DNA from: Macrostomum lignano
Lineage: Eukaryota
DNA: 64,000 nt
Direction of reading: 5' to 3'
Assembly: GCA_002269645.1 (NCBI GenBank)
Contig: NIVC01003802.1
Span: 1 to 64,000 of the forward strand
Positions 23,605 to 37,900 of the stretch are shown here, in pieces (positions within the stretch are counted from its first letter, which is position 1; the number at the start of each line of letters is the position of its first letter). The notes beneath the pieces were generated by a model that had not been told where the DNA came from, did no database searches, and saw only the letters and a program-made list of their open reading frames with translations. The translations under genes were made by a program, and so were the position numbers.

Positions 23605-25618
23605 AGTCTCCGTAGCTATAAGTAAGTAACGAGTAAAATTGAAGCTCTAGAGCAAAGCTAAGTCAAATGGAACAGGTCTGAGAAATCTTAATTAATAAAC
23701 TCTGTGAGTTTGGGCTTTAAAGCCAATTCTCTCTTTTCATTTAGCGAACCTAATGCTCCTCTTATGCTGGTCTATTGTGCCTTGCTTACTAAAGACTTTT
23801 CTCTCCTACCTTTGCCTCCACTCCTCATCTCTCTCTCCGACAGCTTTCTCTCCATTATAGTGTCTGCTTTCATCGATTTGCTCTGACGCACAGACGGTTT
23901 CTGTCAGCAGCAAGATGTGCGGAATAATATAGTACCTGTCTTTCCTATACCAGTCTCCGGCCCAGGTTCTTATAATAGCCGACTGGCAAAACAAGTTAAA
24001 GTTAGCATACGAGCGTAGAGTATAACAGACTAGTTGGAACACTATTATGCACTGGCATGAAAACATTCTTTACTCGGAAGCGCAACGTCGCCCAGTCGCC
24101 GTTACTTTAAATACAGCAGAACGAAAACAAAAACTCCAAATAAAAGTACTCTAAAGACTCAATTTCAACTGTAATGCAAAGTTTTTCCTAAAACTATAAT
24201 TTATAAATACGCGAATAGATGAATGTTATAGTAAAGGTACTTAATGCTAAACGGCAACATTCTACAAATAAATAACTGGCTACTGTTGAAGATAAAAGTA
24301 AAACTGATGGGTCGGCTCACAAATGCGGTTTCATCATTTCATTATGAAGGCTCAACATTTTTATTGCATCAGAGATGCATCGGAGTCAGTTGTTTGTCGA
24401 TTAGTTGTCAGTAAATTTTGTGGTCGAGTTGCAGTTTGAGCTGATCTGATTGTGCTTGTCGAGCGCCGATCGTCACCATTGCCTTTTATTTGTGGAATTA
24501 TTAGTTAGTAGTTTAGTAATTATTAATACTGTGCCTCTGCCAAATTATTGTATAGCTTTTATTGTAACTAGTAGTAGTCGTTAGTTTTAATTAGTCGGTC
24601 TCGAAAGAGGCCGTTCGGGTAACAAATTATACTACCATTGCAACCTAATTTAACCGATGAATCCCACCGTGATGGCTAGTAGGGATACAAGGCTAGAAAT
24701 TCTGCCCCAGTGGATTAGGAACTGGTAGCCTAAAAAAGCCTTCAAAGTTTTACACTCCATCTAGTTCTCGCTGTACTCTACCGGTACCTGAAAGTTAATC
24801 GCAAGCCTAAGATCCCCGATCCCATAAATATACTGCTAGATACTGGCCAGCAAGTAAATTCAAAGCCAAATTTAAACAGCGCTTTCTATTTGAACTTCAG
24901 CGTATTTTGGAAGCGACAAGTCAAAGAACAGAACCATCGCAAAAAGATGCTGTGAAAATTTAAAAAGGAAAAGAAAAGACTTTATTTGAGGGAATAACCT
25001 GGGAAATGACGATTTCATAACTCGTACAAACTTAATGCTCTCATATGGAAGCGCGGTAGCCGATTAAACGATTTGAAGACACGTTATTGAAAACATACAG
25101 TCAAGTTATTATGCCCTGTTGCTGGTCTTTCAATGTTCAAGCGATTAGCACGTAGTGGCTCTTTTTAGTACTAATAGTAATCTTTCAAGAGTAATCGCTT
25201 GGCCACTGTTGGGTCAGGCAATCATGGAATTTTTTTTTTAGTTCGGTAGCTCTTTTTGCTTTAAAGTCGGCGCCCTCTGCTGCAGAAACTGCTTCTGTCA
25301 ATATTGGCAATTGCCTATCAGCTGTTGAATCATTAATGCACAGATTTCTTTTTAAGCTGTTGGCTGCCTACTAAAAGCTGCAATCTTGAGGCTGCATGCA
25401 GAATACCGGAGCAAACTGTTGTTGCGTTTCTCTATTAATAGGAGTTATAAGTAGATGCACTTTGATCCAACGCGGCGCAGGGAGGTGCGATAAAAGTCAG
25501 CCCTGATAGTCGATATGGTTAGTCGAACGGCCCAGTATGTGAGTTGGGTTTTACCGTTTCTTAATGCTCAAAACTTTTTGGTCTATTCAGTAGGTTTAAT
25601 CAATCAATTTTCGCAGGA

Positions 25619-25778
25619 GGGCTGTTCAGTCCAAGGACTGGGGGGAGGGGGGTCGCCACACACACCCTTAATTACCCCAGCTAATGCTGACACACATTTT
25701 ACAATGCTGACACCAGTGGAATCAGGAATCGAACCCTCAACCTTCAAGTCATGAATCCGATGCTCTAACCACTAGGTT
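25619..25778 (-). mobile_element. tRNA-derived SINE (family 2), internally deleted copy
   Basis: The minus strand has A box TAGTGGTTAG and B box GGTTCGATTCC. It shares ggctgttcagtccaaggactggg and cccagctaatgctg with the copy at 42764. Confidence 0.7.
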
Positions 25779-26657
25779 ACAACACTAGGAAAAATGCGAA
25801 AACGTGTTAAAAAGCTTTCCAGAGCATTTACCCTGCCCACTGTAAATCATCTTGATAGCACTTTCTACGCTGATACCGGGGTAAATGTCATTAATGAAAA
25901 TAATCAAGTCACCTACGCTTTGGAGCTCTTAGAGCGTTTTTTACACGTTCAGGCAGAAAATAGTATTGCGCAGATTGAGCAACCGTTTATCGGAGCTTTC
26001 TGCATTCACTGCAGGTTAATACGCAAAGCTCATAAATTCACCTGATTATTTGAGGCATAGAAAAGTGCAGTAACTTATATGTATAAAAAATGGCAGAATA
26101 TGTTTAAAATTGTCATTAGTTATTATCGAAACATACGCCGCTCCGATCAAAATTTAAGAACAAATTTAGCTATGGAAAATCAGTATACAGGTATCCGTGC
26201 AGCATGGTACACAGAGTCTCCATTGGTTTGCGCTGACTAGCGCAGCTCCTGTCGTCCCATTTAACGGACAGATGCTTCAATTTACGGGGCGAATGGTTGG
26301 GATTGCAGGGCTTTCCGAGAAGCTCGATAGCCCAAATAAGTTTGGCCGTCTCCGCTGAAATTTGATCCTGACAGAAAGAAAATTTATGGCGAAACCAACA
26401 CGGCGCACTGGAGAAGCTCAGAAGCAGCCATTTGCACTAAAAATACTGAAACCTTTGAGTAGAAATCGAGCAGGCTGGAATCAGCACCAACTTGGTAAAT
26501 TATTTATTTGAATTTCGGCTACTGGCTGCCAGACTTTTTGAAAATTCCGCGACCATAAATTCATAGTTTAAAAAGCACTCACTTCTATTTCAAGCTTTTT
26601 TTGTCAAAAATTTATTGCACTTTGATAATTCTATTCTGATTTAAGACAGGGTCCTTT

Positions 26658-26889
<232 letters not shown>

Positions 26890-27504
26890 AACTTTAAAGT
26901 TCAGTATGTGACACTGTTTATTTATCTTTAAGTACAGAAAAATCGAGCAACGTTGTTCTTCTAGTAGAGCCATCGGTCACTGAACAAGAACTAACCATTA
27001 GCAAGCAGCTCAATGCCTATTTAACTGCTTACTGTCCTTAATCCCTTTGCTGAAGCAGTATTTTAGATTGTACTTTTTTATATTGGTTTAATAAATTCTG
27101 TTAGAATAAAAAATTAAGCAATTCTTCCCTCACATTTTGTTCTAAAAGTATAAATTTGCTTCCATATTTTACAGATAACTTACGGGCACTTTCCAAAAAC
27201 TAAAAAATGACATTACCTTCTTTAAAATAATCGTAACCTATTTTTTAACCCGTAAAAATCGTTGTGCCTATCCATGAAATAGTTGATTTTGCATCGATTT
27301 AAAACCTACATCTATTATCGATTTTATTCAACCTACGACGCAATTTCCTATTCAGTTTATTGCCATTCCTTTAAATAAAACAATTCGAGGGTTGAATATT
27401 TTGCCAAAAATAGTTTCACAGCGATTGCAAACGCTTTAATTTCCAACGTCCAATCAAAAGCGACGAGACAGACATGGCGCAATAGGCTTCGTACCGAGGC
27501 TATT

Positions 27505-28809
27505 ATGTGGGTATCTGTATTTATAAGAGTTGCCAGCAGCATCTCAAGAGCGCACTCCAAGTTAGGCGGAAAATTGAAGGAAAGGAATTTCTTAGAAATG
27601 TCACTGAAAGTCGCGAACGACTCTGAGTCGGAATCGTCCGTTTGCGAGGCCTATTGTCAGGCGAATACAATTTTGTGGAGCGTTCTGCTTCCGCCACTCT
27701 TAGCCGTTGGCCTGATAGGCAACTTGCTCATTGTGCTTGTGTTCAGTACTAGTACCAAACGACGGCGAAGGAAGCCGGTCCTCTGCATCACCATGGTGAC
27801 GCTGGCCTGCGCCGATCTGCTCGTGTTCCTGTTCCCCATCACGCGGCACTGGCTGAGACACGCCAAGCTCTACATCAGCTTTGACGTGCAAACTTTGGGC
27901 ACAGGTGTCTGCAAGACGCACGAGTTTCTCGTCTACTTCTCGTTGATGTTCAGCATCTGGATGGTGGTGCTGGTGTCCGGAGAGAGATTCACCATCATCT
28001 GTTTCCCCTTGCGTCGATCGCGACTCCTGACGCCGCGTCGAATCGTCGCTGTGATTGTTGCTATCATAACTGTCTCTGCACTGCTCAATGTGCATTTCTT
28101 TTGGACTCGCGAATTCGTCTGGAACCACCAACTGAACCGAATGAGCTGTCAGAATGCGCGTTCGGGTCTGGACGCGTTCATTTCTAAATCGGTTCACCCC
28201 TTCGTAGATATGACCTTCACCGCTGGGCTGCCGCTCCTGCTATTGGTCATCTTCACTGGGGCGATCGCGCACAGACTTTACCAAAGAAGTCGCCAGCTTA
28301 AAACTCTGACAGCCGGGCTCAGCAACTGCTCGCCAGCTGGACGGCAGCATCGCCTGCTCACGCCAACCACGCGAATGGTGCTGCCTGTGCCGCTGTTGTT
28401 CATCCCGCTGGCGATGCCCGTGAAGTTCTGGCTAGTTGTGCACCACGGCAAAGGCATTCCGGGCTCCGTCCAGCCGGGCACGCCCGAGTACCACAGTGTC
28501 CGGCTGGGCTGGTCCGGCCTTCTGTTCTTGCAGTTCTGCAACTTCGCCTGCAACTTCTTTATTTACAGTCTGATGTCCGCCGACTTTCGCGCCGACTTGG
28601 CCAGACTTTTGTGCGGCCGGTGCCGTCGCCGGGTCTGGTGTCGCGGGGGTGAGCAGTCGGCCTCGACCAGATCGGCGCCGCCAACCGCAGCCGCAGCAGT
28701 AGACGCCGCCGATGTCGTTGTGAACGACAGGAAGATGGTGCTAGCAAGCAACTTTGATGACGCGAGCTCGGTCTACCAGATGCAGCTCCGGTCTTGCAGA
28801 CGATGTTAA
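27505..28809 (+). CDS. Intronless class A neuropeptide-receptor-like GPCR (likely start ATG 27598)
   Basis: GLIGNLL, LACADL, C in ECL1, SGERF (DRY variant), seven TM segments, and NFACNFFIYSLMSADFR in TM7/H8. Confidence 0.9.
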   Translation: MWVSVFIRVASSISRAHSKLGGKLKERNFLEMSLKVANDSESESSVCEAYCQANTILWSVLLPPLLAVGLIGNLLIVLVFSTSTKRRRRKPVLCITMVTLACADLLVFLFPITRHWLRHAKLYISFDVQTLGTGVCKTHEFLVYFSLMFSIWMVVLVSGERFTIICFPLRRSRLLTPRRIVAVIVAIITVSALLNVHFFWTREFVWNHQLNRMSCQNARSGLDAFISKSVHPFVDMTFTAGLPLLLLVIFTGAIAHRLYQRSRQLKTLTAGLSNCSPAGRQHRLLTPTTRMVLPVPLLFIPLAMPVKFWLVVHHGKGIPGSVQPGTPEYHSVRLGWSGLLFLQFCNFACNFFIYSLMSADFRADLARLLCGRCRRRVWCRGGEQSASTRSAPPTAAAAVDAADVVVNDRKMVLASNFDDASSVYQMQLRSCRRC

Positions 28810-30754
28810 ACTTCAGTAAAAAGAATTGAGAGACATTACGAAAGTCAAATATTTTTTATAAATAATATTTACCTGTACAATAAGATTTGTTTTCGTCTAG
28901 TCGGATTATGAACTCAAGTATGATTGGATCTTATTTACTGTTACATGTAATGTCTTATACATTTGTTGAATTATATTATCCGGAGTTAATCTAAAACACC
29001 ATCAGATCCACAAGCTAATTTTAACATAAATTTTGCCCCATCCTGCACACCTTTCTACGCAGTAGAGATTAATTACCAGAAAATTCACTAGATATTTGTG
29101 TTGCCATATACCAGTGCAAATACGAGCAGCGAATAAATTACAAAAAAAAATTAATTCCATTCTGAGTGTGATATTAAAATTTCGTTCCGTAGACACACAA
29201 AATTGTTAAAGCATGCAGTTTGGGTGCATGCAGTTCACTGTACTGACTGAATTTATATGCGTTTCCATGTGCACAACACTGCCGCATGTTTGAATATTAA
29301 AGCTCTCCCTCTGATTCATAGAACTTACTCCGTTGTCTTGTTCAGGTGCAAATGTTCCTGCCGGAGTCTCACGGAGAGCTGCTAAGCTCAACAATTATAC
29401 AATTATTAATGCTGAATTAGCGTACTTTGTGTTGTCTAATTCACTAATAAAGTGGTATTTCTCCCGCTATCTAACCTATGCCCCGTTTAACTGAGTCCGG
29501 TGAGATGAAGAGAAACTGCTGGATGCCAGTTTTATTCACACTGAATTTGTCTATGGCAAAACCAAGGACTACCCAAGTAAAAGGACGGAAAAGTACGGTT
29601 CTTGGAAAATTTTAAAAGGCAGGTTTTACCAAAGAAATACATTACGGAGATTGGACTTGGAGCTGGTTTTCATTTTTCCAGCAAAAAAATGTTATTGCTT
29701 TTGATAGAAGGGAGACACAATTTTCATCTTTTGATATGCCTTGCCTTTATTATATACTTATTGATATTCATAAAGTTTTTCGTTACGTTTTTTAAATTTT
29801 CCAAGAATTCAGTTTCTCCTCCTTCTACTCGAGTAGCCCTTGAGTGAAACTCCATCCAGCGCCAGGTATCAAAGGATCGAGATTAGGAGTTAGGGTTAAG
29901 TCGTGGCTTAAAGAGAGGCTTTAATACCAAAGCTTCAAGCTGGACTACTGATATCCTAGGCTAGATAACTGGCTTTCGAGGTGAATGCTTTTTGCTTTAA
30001 ACACATCAGGTTCTTTCAGAAACTAACAATATTGATTGTACAAGGTCAAAATATGGATTTAGTTTATTCTAGCAAGTTGCTTCTCTCTTTGTTGCCTCCC
30101 ATCGGGGGGCGCAGATCGCTAGTTCAATGACAACAAACTGAAAACTTTCTAGCTCGCCAAGAACAGTCTCAAGCAAATATTTTAGCACGGATTGCACGCC
30201 TAGCGTACTTCTACTTTAGTTGACCACGAAAACAGAAATGTTGTGAGGTTTACTAAAACTACAACTGCACTCAGGGGTATTGTGAACTTATTCGCATTGA
30301 GCTCTCCAACTAATAGTAATCGTAGGTTACGCAATCGGCAGCTTGAGTGTGGAGCAAAATGCCAGTTGCGAGCGTGCAAACTGATACAAACAATTTTGGC
30401 GTCAGTGGTATACTATTTGTTCGATAAAACTTCTGCAAAAGTAATAAAAAAAGTGTTGCAACCGTACACTATCTATAATCGCTATTATCAGTAGTCATGT
30501 TTTGCTGACCAGATATTTCTGTAAAGTTTGATGGCGGTGTATAGAGGCTTGTTCCCGAGAAATGCTGCGACTGTACGAAAAAGAATATGTACAATGATGG
30601 CAGTGTGAAGGAGTGCAAAAGTTGTGCCGCGCGAAAGGGAATGGTTAATCAGTAATTTCTAAAAGCACTACTTACAGTAATGTTCAGAATGCGTCGTCGT
30701 ACGCAAATGAAAAATTTGTATAAGCAGTAGCTTTTTATTATTACTCGTAGAATC

Positions 30755-31089
30755 AGGGGTTTGTGTGCACTCTGGTACACTTTAAACGACATTGTTATTA
30801 CCAATTCCGCCGACTCCCCTGAGCAGGCGCACAAGCGCGCGGATACGTACGCAGTCATACGCACAGGCACACACTCACACAGGAGTGTACAGCGGCCCTA
30901 ACTTTATTTATCGTTAGGCATGTACACTTCACTGTGCCTTGGGGCTCGGCCCTCAATCGCATTAATCCCACGAGCAGAGCCAAGCCGAGATTCCAATTCA
31001 GCCCCAAATTAATGTGGACTGCACTTGGAATCGAGCCTGGGCCGCTGGTACATCAGAGCGTCGCGCCAGACCACTGAGTCCCTGCCCCT
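30755..31089 (-). mobile_element. tRNA-derived SINE (family 1), copy 1
   Basis: Reverse complement of the 37261 and 43826 copies, with CAGTGG A box, GCTCGATTCC B box and a shared ~330-bp body. Confidence 0.85.
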
Positions 31090-31915
31090 GATAAACATTA
31101 GTTTTATCAGTCTAAGAAATATTCAACAACAACTCTTCTTTCATTTACAAGAGTTCTGCAGAGTATTTAGATTAGCTGAGCTACCTGTAGTCCTCTAGAG
31201 CCTATTATTAGCTGCAAAACGGGTGGAGCCAAGAGTGTATGCATTTTCCACCTTGCCTCTCTGCCTTCCAGGTCGCTCCTCCTTTCTAACGCTTACCTCT
31301 GATCCTCCCAATACACTCCCTAAGCTCAGCGTTTCTCTCTCCCCTCTGTCCGTTGTTGCCATGACAACAAAACTGTACCACAAACCCCGCCCTGTGAGCC
31401 AGGCAGGATGCTTGACAAGCGCGGATGGGTACTTTTTCCTTTCTATCTTTGCCCGGCAGTTCAGCTCTTCCCGATCCAGAGAGTGCTTATAGGTCGCAGT
31501 TTCACTCTCTCCCCCTCTCTCACCCTCTCCGTCTCTCCGTCTCCCAAATTCTCGTCCCGCTCATTCCTATTTTTTTCATTCTTTAAGGCTGAGCAAACGC
31601 TGATCCGCACAGATACGGGAAAGGTGTGTACACTGTAGTTGGGGCCTCACAGTGCCTCTACCCTAGCCCATTGTCACCGCACTTTGAATTCAAAATCCAA
31701 TATTAAAAAGATAGAAATTAAGGCTCTGAGCGGCATCATCAGCTTAAGTACAGGAGAAGCACAGACAGTGGCTAGCTAAAGGTACAGCCACAGTTGGACA
31801 TTGCTAGGGAGCAGGAATCAAATTACTTAATACGGCCCCGGTCCCGCCCAGTTTTATTGCTAAGGGGAAGATAATAAAAACAGAGTGAGCACAGCGGAGC
31901 ATCTGCACAGCGTGC

Positions 31916-34900
31916 ATGAGCTCTGGTAACAACAGGGTGTCACCGGCGATGGCAGCTGTGAACCAGGCGTTGGTGCCAGACAATGACAACGAGCTGGTGG
32001 CGTCGGCGCGGCCCCAGCCGGGACGTGCGATACCCAACGCGCCGGAGTACGGATCGCCCGAGCACTTGAGACGTGTCCCCGAGCCGTTGAAACAGCAGCA
32101 GCAGCAGCAGCAGGTCACCCTGTCGGAGAACCTGCCAGTTCAGATGGTGCGATTCCTGCGCTCAACCGAAGACGGCGGCGCGGACGATCAAGGCGTCGGC
32201 GTCAACATTGGGAAGTCGCGAGTTAACCAGGTGGTCACCTTCCAGGAGATGATTGAGGTAAAAACACTTTTTTCAAATTAATGTCTTCATGCACAGACAG
32301 TTTAATTTTGACGAACGAAAACTATAAAAAGTTGCAATAAAGGCACAATCCCGCGAACTTTCTGTTAGAGAGCGTCAAAGATGACCGAGTTAAAAGCATA
32401 GGTAAAAAATTAAACTCCTCTAAAAACTAAATGAAGAGGCAACCAAACTCGATGAATGACAACAGAGGTCAAATTCTGCTACGTCTTGGACGTCACATCG
32501 ATCGGCCTAGAAGATGATTTGGGGAATCCACCAAAACGCATCTTGCCCTCCAAGTTGTTTTATATCTGAGGGTCCTGACGTTTTCTTCTGATACAAAACT
32601 CTTGTCTTTATTAGAGAAAAAAGATGTGACAGCTGCCTTTATTAAGCTACGTTTACATCCATATATTCTCATGGGTCGGTGTTCTGGCTTAGAATGTTTG
32701 CTAAGTAAGGCGCAGCAAAACAATACCAGCTCATGACGAACCACACAGGCAGCGAAAGAAGGCCGAACCAAAGACCTGGACGAACTGATGGGTCCGTCAG
32801 TTCCAACGGGCCCAACCGGCGTGATCAAGGTGCGCAAGAACATCCCAATCGACAAGCGCGACTCCGAAGGCTACAGCATGCTGCACTATGCGGCCAGGAA
32901 CAACCACAGCGATGTTTGCGAGCTTCTTATCAAACGAGGCGCTGACGTGAACGTAGAAGGGCCGGATCAGATGACGCCGCTGCACCTGGCTGCCAAATAT
33001 CGAAGGTCGCGGTCCAAAGCGGCGATTACTGTGAGTTTGGTGAAGGCCAACTGATAAATAGACCATTCTGGATCTTTGCTCTTGTTTTTTATTCATTTTA
33101 GAGGTCTATGAATTGCATTGACGCTTTTATCTACCAGGCGATTAAAACAATCTACCCAGGAGCTACCACTATCGACCCTCATATATTTATCAACGTTTAC
33201 TCTCATGTAATTACCAATTTCCTACCCTAGAGTTAACACTGTCTACCCTAGAGTTAACACTGTCTACCCTAGAGTTACCACTGCACTGTCTACCCTAGAG
33301 TTACCACTGCACTGTCTACCCTAGAGTTACCACTGCACTGTCTACCCTAGAGTTACCACTGCACTGTCTACCCTAGAGTTACCACTGCACTGTCTACCCT
33401 AGAGTTACCACTGCACTGTCTACCCTAGAGTTACCACTGCACTGTCTACCCTAGAGTTACCACTGTCTACCCTAGAGTTACCACTGCACTGTCTACCCCA
33501 GAGTTACCACTGTCTACCCCAGAGTTACCACTGTCTACCCTAGAGTTACGACTGTCTATCCTAGAGTTATCACTGACTGTCCACAATAGAGTTACGTTCA
33601 CCACTGTCTACTCAAGGTTGCTACTTTCCTTGAGTCTCGCCTGCTCCCTGGAACTTTTATTGACTTCGCAGACTACTTCTGGTGACCTGCTGGTTTTATA
33701 TAGCTGTCATTGTTATTGTAAATGGTGATTTACAACTACAAGTACAACAAGGACCCGCCAAAAGCATTAAAGTTTGCAAGATTTGAGCAGCATTTAGATG
33801 CACACTAAAGCACTGGCTGTCTAAACAATGAAATGCCAAACCTCCGGAAACCTGGCCCCAGCAGCAAGCATGTCCACCGTTTGGCATTTTCTATTCCCAA
33901 TTCCAGCTGTGTGTACCTTGCTGTTTCCATAGCAACCCTCGTGAGGTTTTAGAGCCTGCAGCAGCAGAAGCTTAATAATATTGCAAACTGTCTCCCCCCT
34001 CTCGCTCTCGCTCTCGCCCTCACCCTCGCTCAACTGCCCCTGTCTCTTCTCCATTTGCTTACTGAGAAAACATTGACATTAGCAGAGAATATTGGCAATA
34101 AAAAAATCAGTCTGTTCACGCTAGGAGCGCTGCTACTGAGTAGGACTAGCTATGCCAACCAGTAGTGAACTTTTTGACAGTAAAGAATATGCACTAATAG
34201 GCGCATAAGTGTCTCGTTGAATCCAAACGCAATCGGCCTTTCATTCACCTAGAAACTAACAAAGAAGGCGCGGTGTATTTTGTTGCCTTTGATGTCAACT
34301 AACTAGCTTGGGATGCTGACTGTGTGGGTAGGGCGTATGATGGAGAGTTAGAGCGAACAGATATCTCAAGTCCCAGCCAATCACTACACGGCACACTTGA
34401 CAAGGTGGAGGGTACAGTGGACATGTGTCAGCCAATCAGCGGTCACTTCAATATTGTACTACAGAATTGTACGTTCTGTAGGTGGGTGGGTGTCCGAAGT
34501 GGAACTTTCTCATTGGCTGGCAGATCTCACTACTTCTCAGTCTCTCCATGGATGCCCGACAGATCTTGTGTCACTTTTCTCGATTCTAGCTATAACGCGT
34601 CACGGGAGATCAATATAACTAGGGAAAGACTACCAAATGACATTAAATTTACTTAAATTATTTCGCCTAATAAAATAAATAGAAACTGAAGCAATCTGGA
34701 AGTGCAGACGCTGTGACAGCCGCCGCTGACATTGGCACCGCCGGCAAAGGCGGAGCTTTTACAAATTTGCCGCCCATTCATAACGTGTCACTGCGAGGCA
34801 GAGCTCGCACAGCTGTGAGAAATGCTTGGATGAAATTGAAGCTTTTTTCCTCTCCTACTGACCTGTTTTTGAGTCGGATTTCATCTTGGATTTCTTTTCT

Positions 34901-37900
34901 CTATCTAGATTTGAATTTTCAACAATTAAAAAATGATATCGAGAATTTCAACTAGAGGCCTTGATATTCGTTGAAAGACCCGATGAGAGACCCGATGATG
35001 GATCCCATGATGGACCCGATGATGGAACCAATGAGAGACCCGATGAGAGATCCCATGATGGACCCGATGATGGAACCAATGAGAGACCCGATGAGAGATC
35101 CCATGATGGACCCGATGATGGAACCAATGAGAGACCCGATGAGAGACCCGATGATGGATCCCATGATGGACCCGATGATGGAACCAATGAGAGACCCGAT
35201 GAGAGATCCCATGATGGACCCGATGATGGAACCAATGAGAGACCCGATGAGAGATCCCATGATGGACCCGATGATGGAACCAATGAGAGACCCGATGAGA
35301 GACCGATGAGAGACCCATGAGAGACCGATGAGAGACCCGATGAGAGACCGATGAGAGACCCGATGAGAGACCGATGAGAGACCCGATGAGAGACCCGGTG
35401 AGAGACCCGATGAGAGACCCGATGAGAGACCGATGAGAGACCGATGAGAGAACCGATGAGAGACCGATGAGAGACCCGATGAGAGACCCGATGAGAGACC
35501 GATGAGAGACCGATGAGAGAACCGATGAGAGACCCGATGAGAGACCGATGAGAGACCCGATGAGGGACCCGATGAGAGAACCGATGAGAGACCCGATGAG
35601 AGACCCGATGAGAGACCCGATGAGAGACCGATGAGAGACCCGATGAGAGACCCGATGAGAGACCCGATGAGAGAACCGATGATGCACCCGATGATGGACC
35701 CTTGGGAAATGGACCCGATTACGAGTATGGACCCGATGAGAGACCCGATGACAGACCCGATGAGGGAAATGATGACAGACCCCAGAAAAATACTAAAAGC
35801 CAGCAATTGGCCTATATACATGAATGGGTTTGGGTCATCGTTATATAAAATTTGTCGGATAAATTTCCACAGTCAATAGAAGGATATTTAGCTCGTAATA
35901 AATTTGTTGCCTTTTCTTGGGTGCTTTTCACTATCTATTCATTCATTCTTCGACTTTTTTACGTATCTATAACAATTTGAAAGTTTTTTTGGACACGAGA
36001 AAACTGTACAAAACTTTAACAGACGTCAATTGACAGGGATGATGAGGTATCTGAATCAAATTTGAATTATCTTGCAGTATAAAAATTAATAACTCTGTTA
36101 ACTCTACATACTAAGGTGTAACTATATTCGATGTGCTTCTCTTAATGTACTGTTGTGAAAACTGTCAATCAACCTTCAAATTTTAATTACTGTGCTTCAA
36201 CTCTAAGAAAACGTACAACCTACAGGCAAATGCACAGAAAGAACTTTACTTTAACTATTTTACTTGTTAATTGAAGGTTAAATATTTGGTTCATCATTAA
36301 AACAAAAACTTCACACTCAACAGCGTACGAGACAGGCTGAGGCATCGACCAATGCAAAACTGGTATAAAGTCAATTTACAATTTTATGCTATGTCTACCT
36401 GTAAGCTTTTGTTGTAGTTGTTTGGACGTTTTTTGTTATACCGCGATGACCTTTTGTGACGATCAACTAAAATGTAACCGGCTTTTGACTGGCTCTGCTG
36501 CAATGTATTGATACTAAAATAACTAAATTGATTCTTTATTTAGCCCATCCTAACTATTTGAATCCGTGAGCAGAACAAGGTCCAATGTTCAGCAGTTGAA
36601 AAAAATACAAGCAATACAAAATACAGTCCAGTTTAGACCTAAAATACCGTTTTATAAAGTTTTTGTTGTTGTTTGTATGATTAACAATTATTGTTGCTTA
36701 CGAATCCCTTGAGTTGTAAACTTTAATGCGTTCGACTTGTGCCCCCGCTTTGCTGATAGGCAAAGTACTTGCAGTTTATCACATATTTTTAATTCTATAG
36801 TTTTTTGTTCACGCAGTCGCTTTGTACAATGTTGAACTGCTGCTTTTTAAAGCTTACAAAGCCTACTCTCCTTACCTTGTCGTTTTAGAAGAATGAAGAC
36901 GAGTCGGAGAGTCTTGCGTTGAAGCCGCAGGTAAGCTGAGTCGATGTCTTCTGTTTTGGTTGAACCCGATTTCACTGCTTGATGTCTTTTGTTTCCTCAA
37001 AAGTCGATACGATGCACTTATAATCCATCGTTAATTGACTTGATCTGAACGTGAATTATATTCTTTACCGATTTTCCTTTAAAGTTTTTCCTAGATGTTA
37101 CTTTATGTAATAGCTGTCGTTAATTTACTGATATACAGGCATATGGCAGAGAGACACTAAGATAATAAAGCAGAGCGACCGACAGACTTAAAGACACACA
37201 GACAGACAGACACTTTAAGATAATAAGACAGAGAGACCGACAGATCCAAACCTAAGACGAGGGCCGTAGTACAGTGGTCCAGCGCGGCGCTCTGGTGTGC
37301 CAGCAGCCCAGGTTCGATTCCAAGTGCAGTCACATTAATTTGAGGCTAAATTGGAATCTTGGCTTGGCTCTTCTCGTGCAATTAATAGCCTTGAGAGCCA
37401 ACCCCCCAAGGCACAGTGAGGTGTACATGCCTAACGATTAATCAAGTTAGGGCCGCTGTACACTCCTGTGTGAGTGTGTGCCTGTGCGTATGACTGCGTA
37501 CGTATCCGCGCGCTTGTGTGCCTGCTCAGGGGAGTCGGCAGAATGGGCAGCAATGCCTCTCGCCGGTTATGTGACAATGTCGCTTAAAGTGCACCTGAGT
37601 GCACACAGCCCCTGTCTCTAATCGAAAAGATTCAAAGACAGACAGACAGACATAAGACACGTAGACAGAAAGACAAGACCGATAGATACAATATATGTGA
37701 ATGGATGTATAACGCATAACGCATAACGCATATATACATCAACATGTTGCCTGATTACAATGCCCGATGACCTGCTACTACATGTAAAAAGCTTCTTTGC
37801 TAGCTTCTCTTCCACACTATCCATAATATTCAATTACCTTTGCAAACATCTACTGTTCCATTTGCCAGTATTTAGCAGTTTTGGAATCGAACGCCGAATA

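Noticed and set aside
24596-24613. GAAA-tetraloop hairpin CGGTCTC-GAAA-GAGGCCG, checked as hammerhead stem II
   Set aside because: No CTGANGA or GAAA core flanks it on either strand. It is an isolated short hairpin.
27657-28751. Antisense ORFs overlapping the GPCR (similar ones overlap TRPA1, the LRR gene and ELOVL)
   Set aside because: They are shadow ORFs of GC-rich coding sequence with no independent motifs.
34926-35821. Several 110-290-aa ORFs on both strands
   Set aside because: They are products of the 12-bp tandem array inside a TRPA1 intron.
37261-37335. tRNA gene (A and B boxes); similar cases at 25720-25778, 31020-31089, 42900-42960 and 43826-43895
   Set aside because: No complete cloverleaf was seen, and each continues into a shared SINE body.
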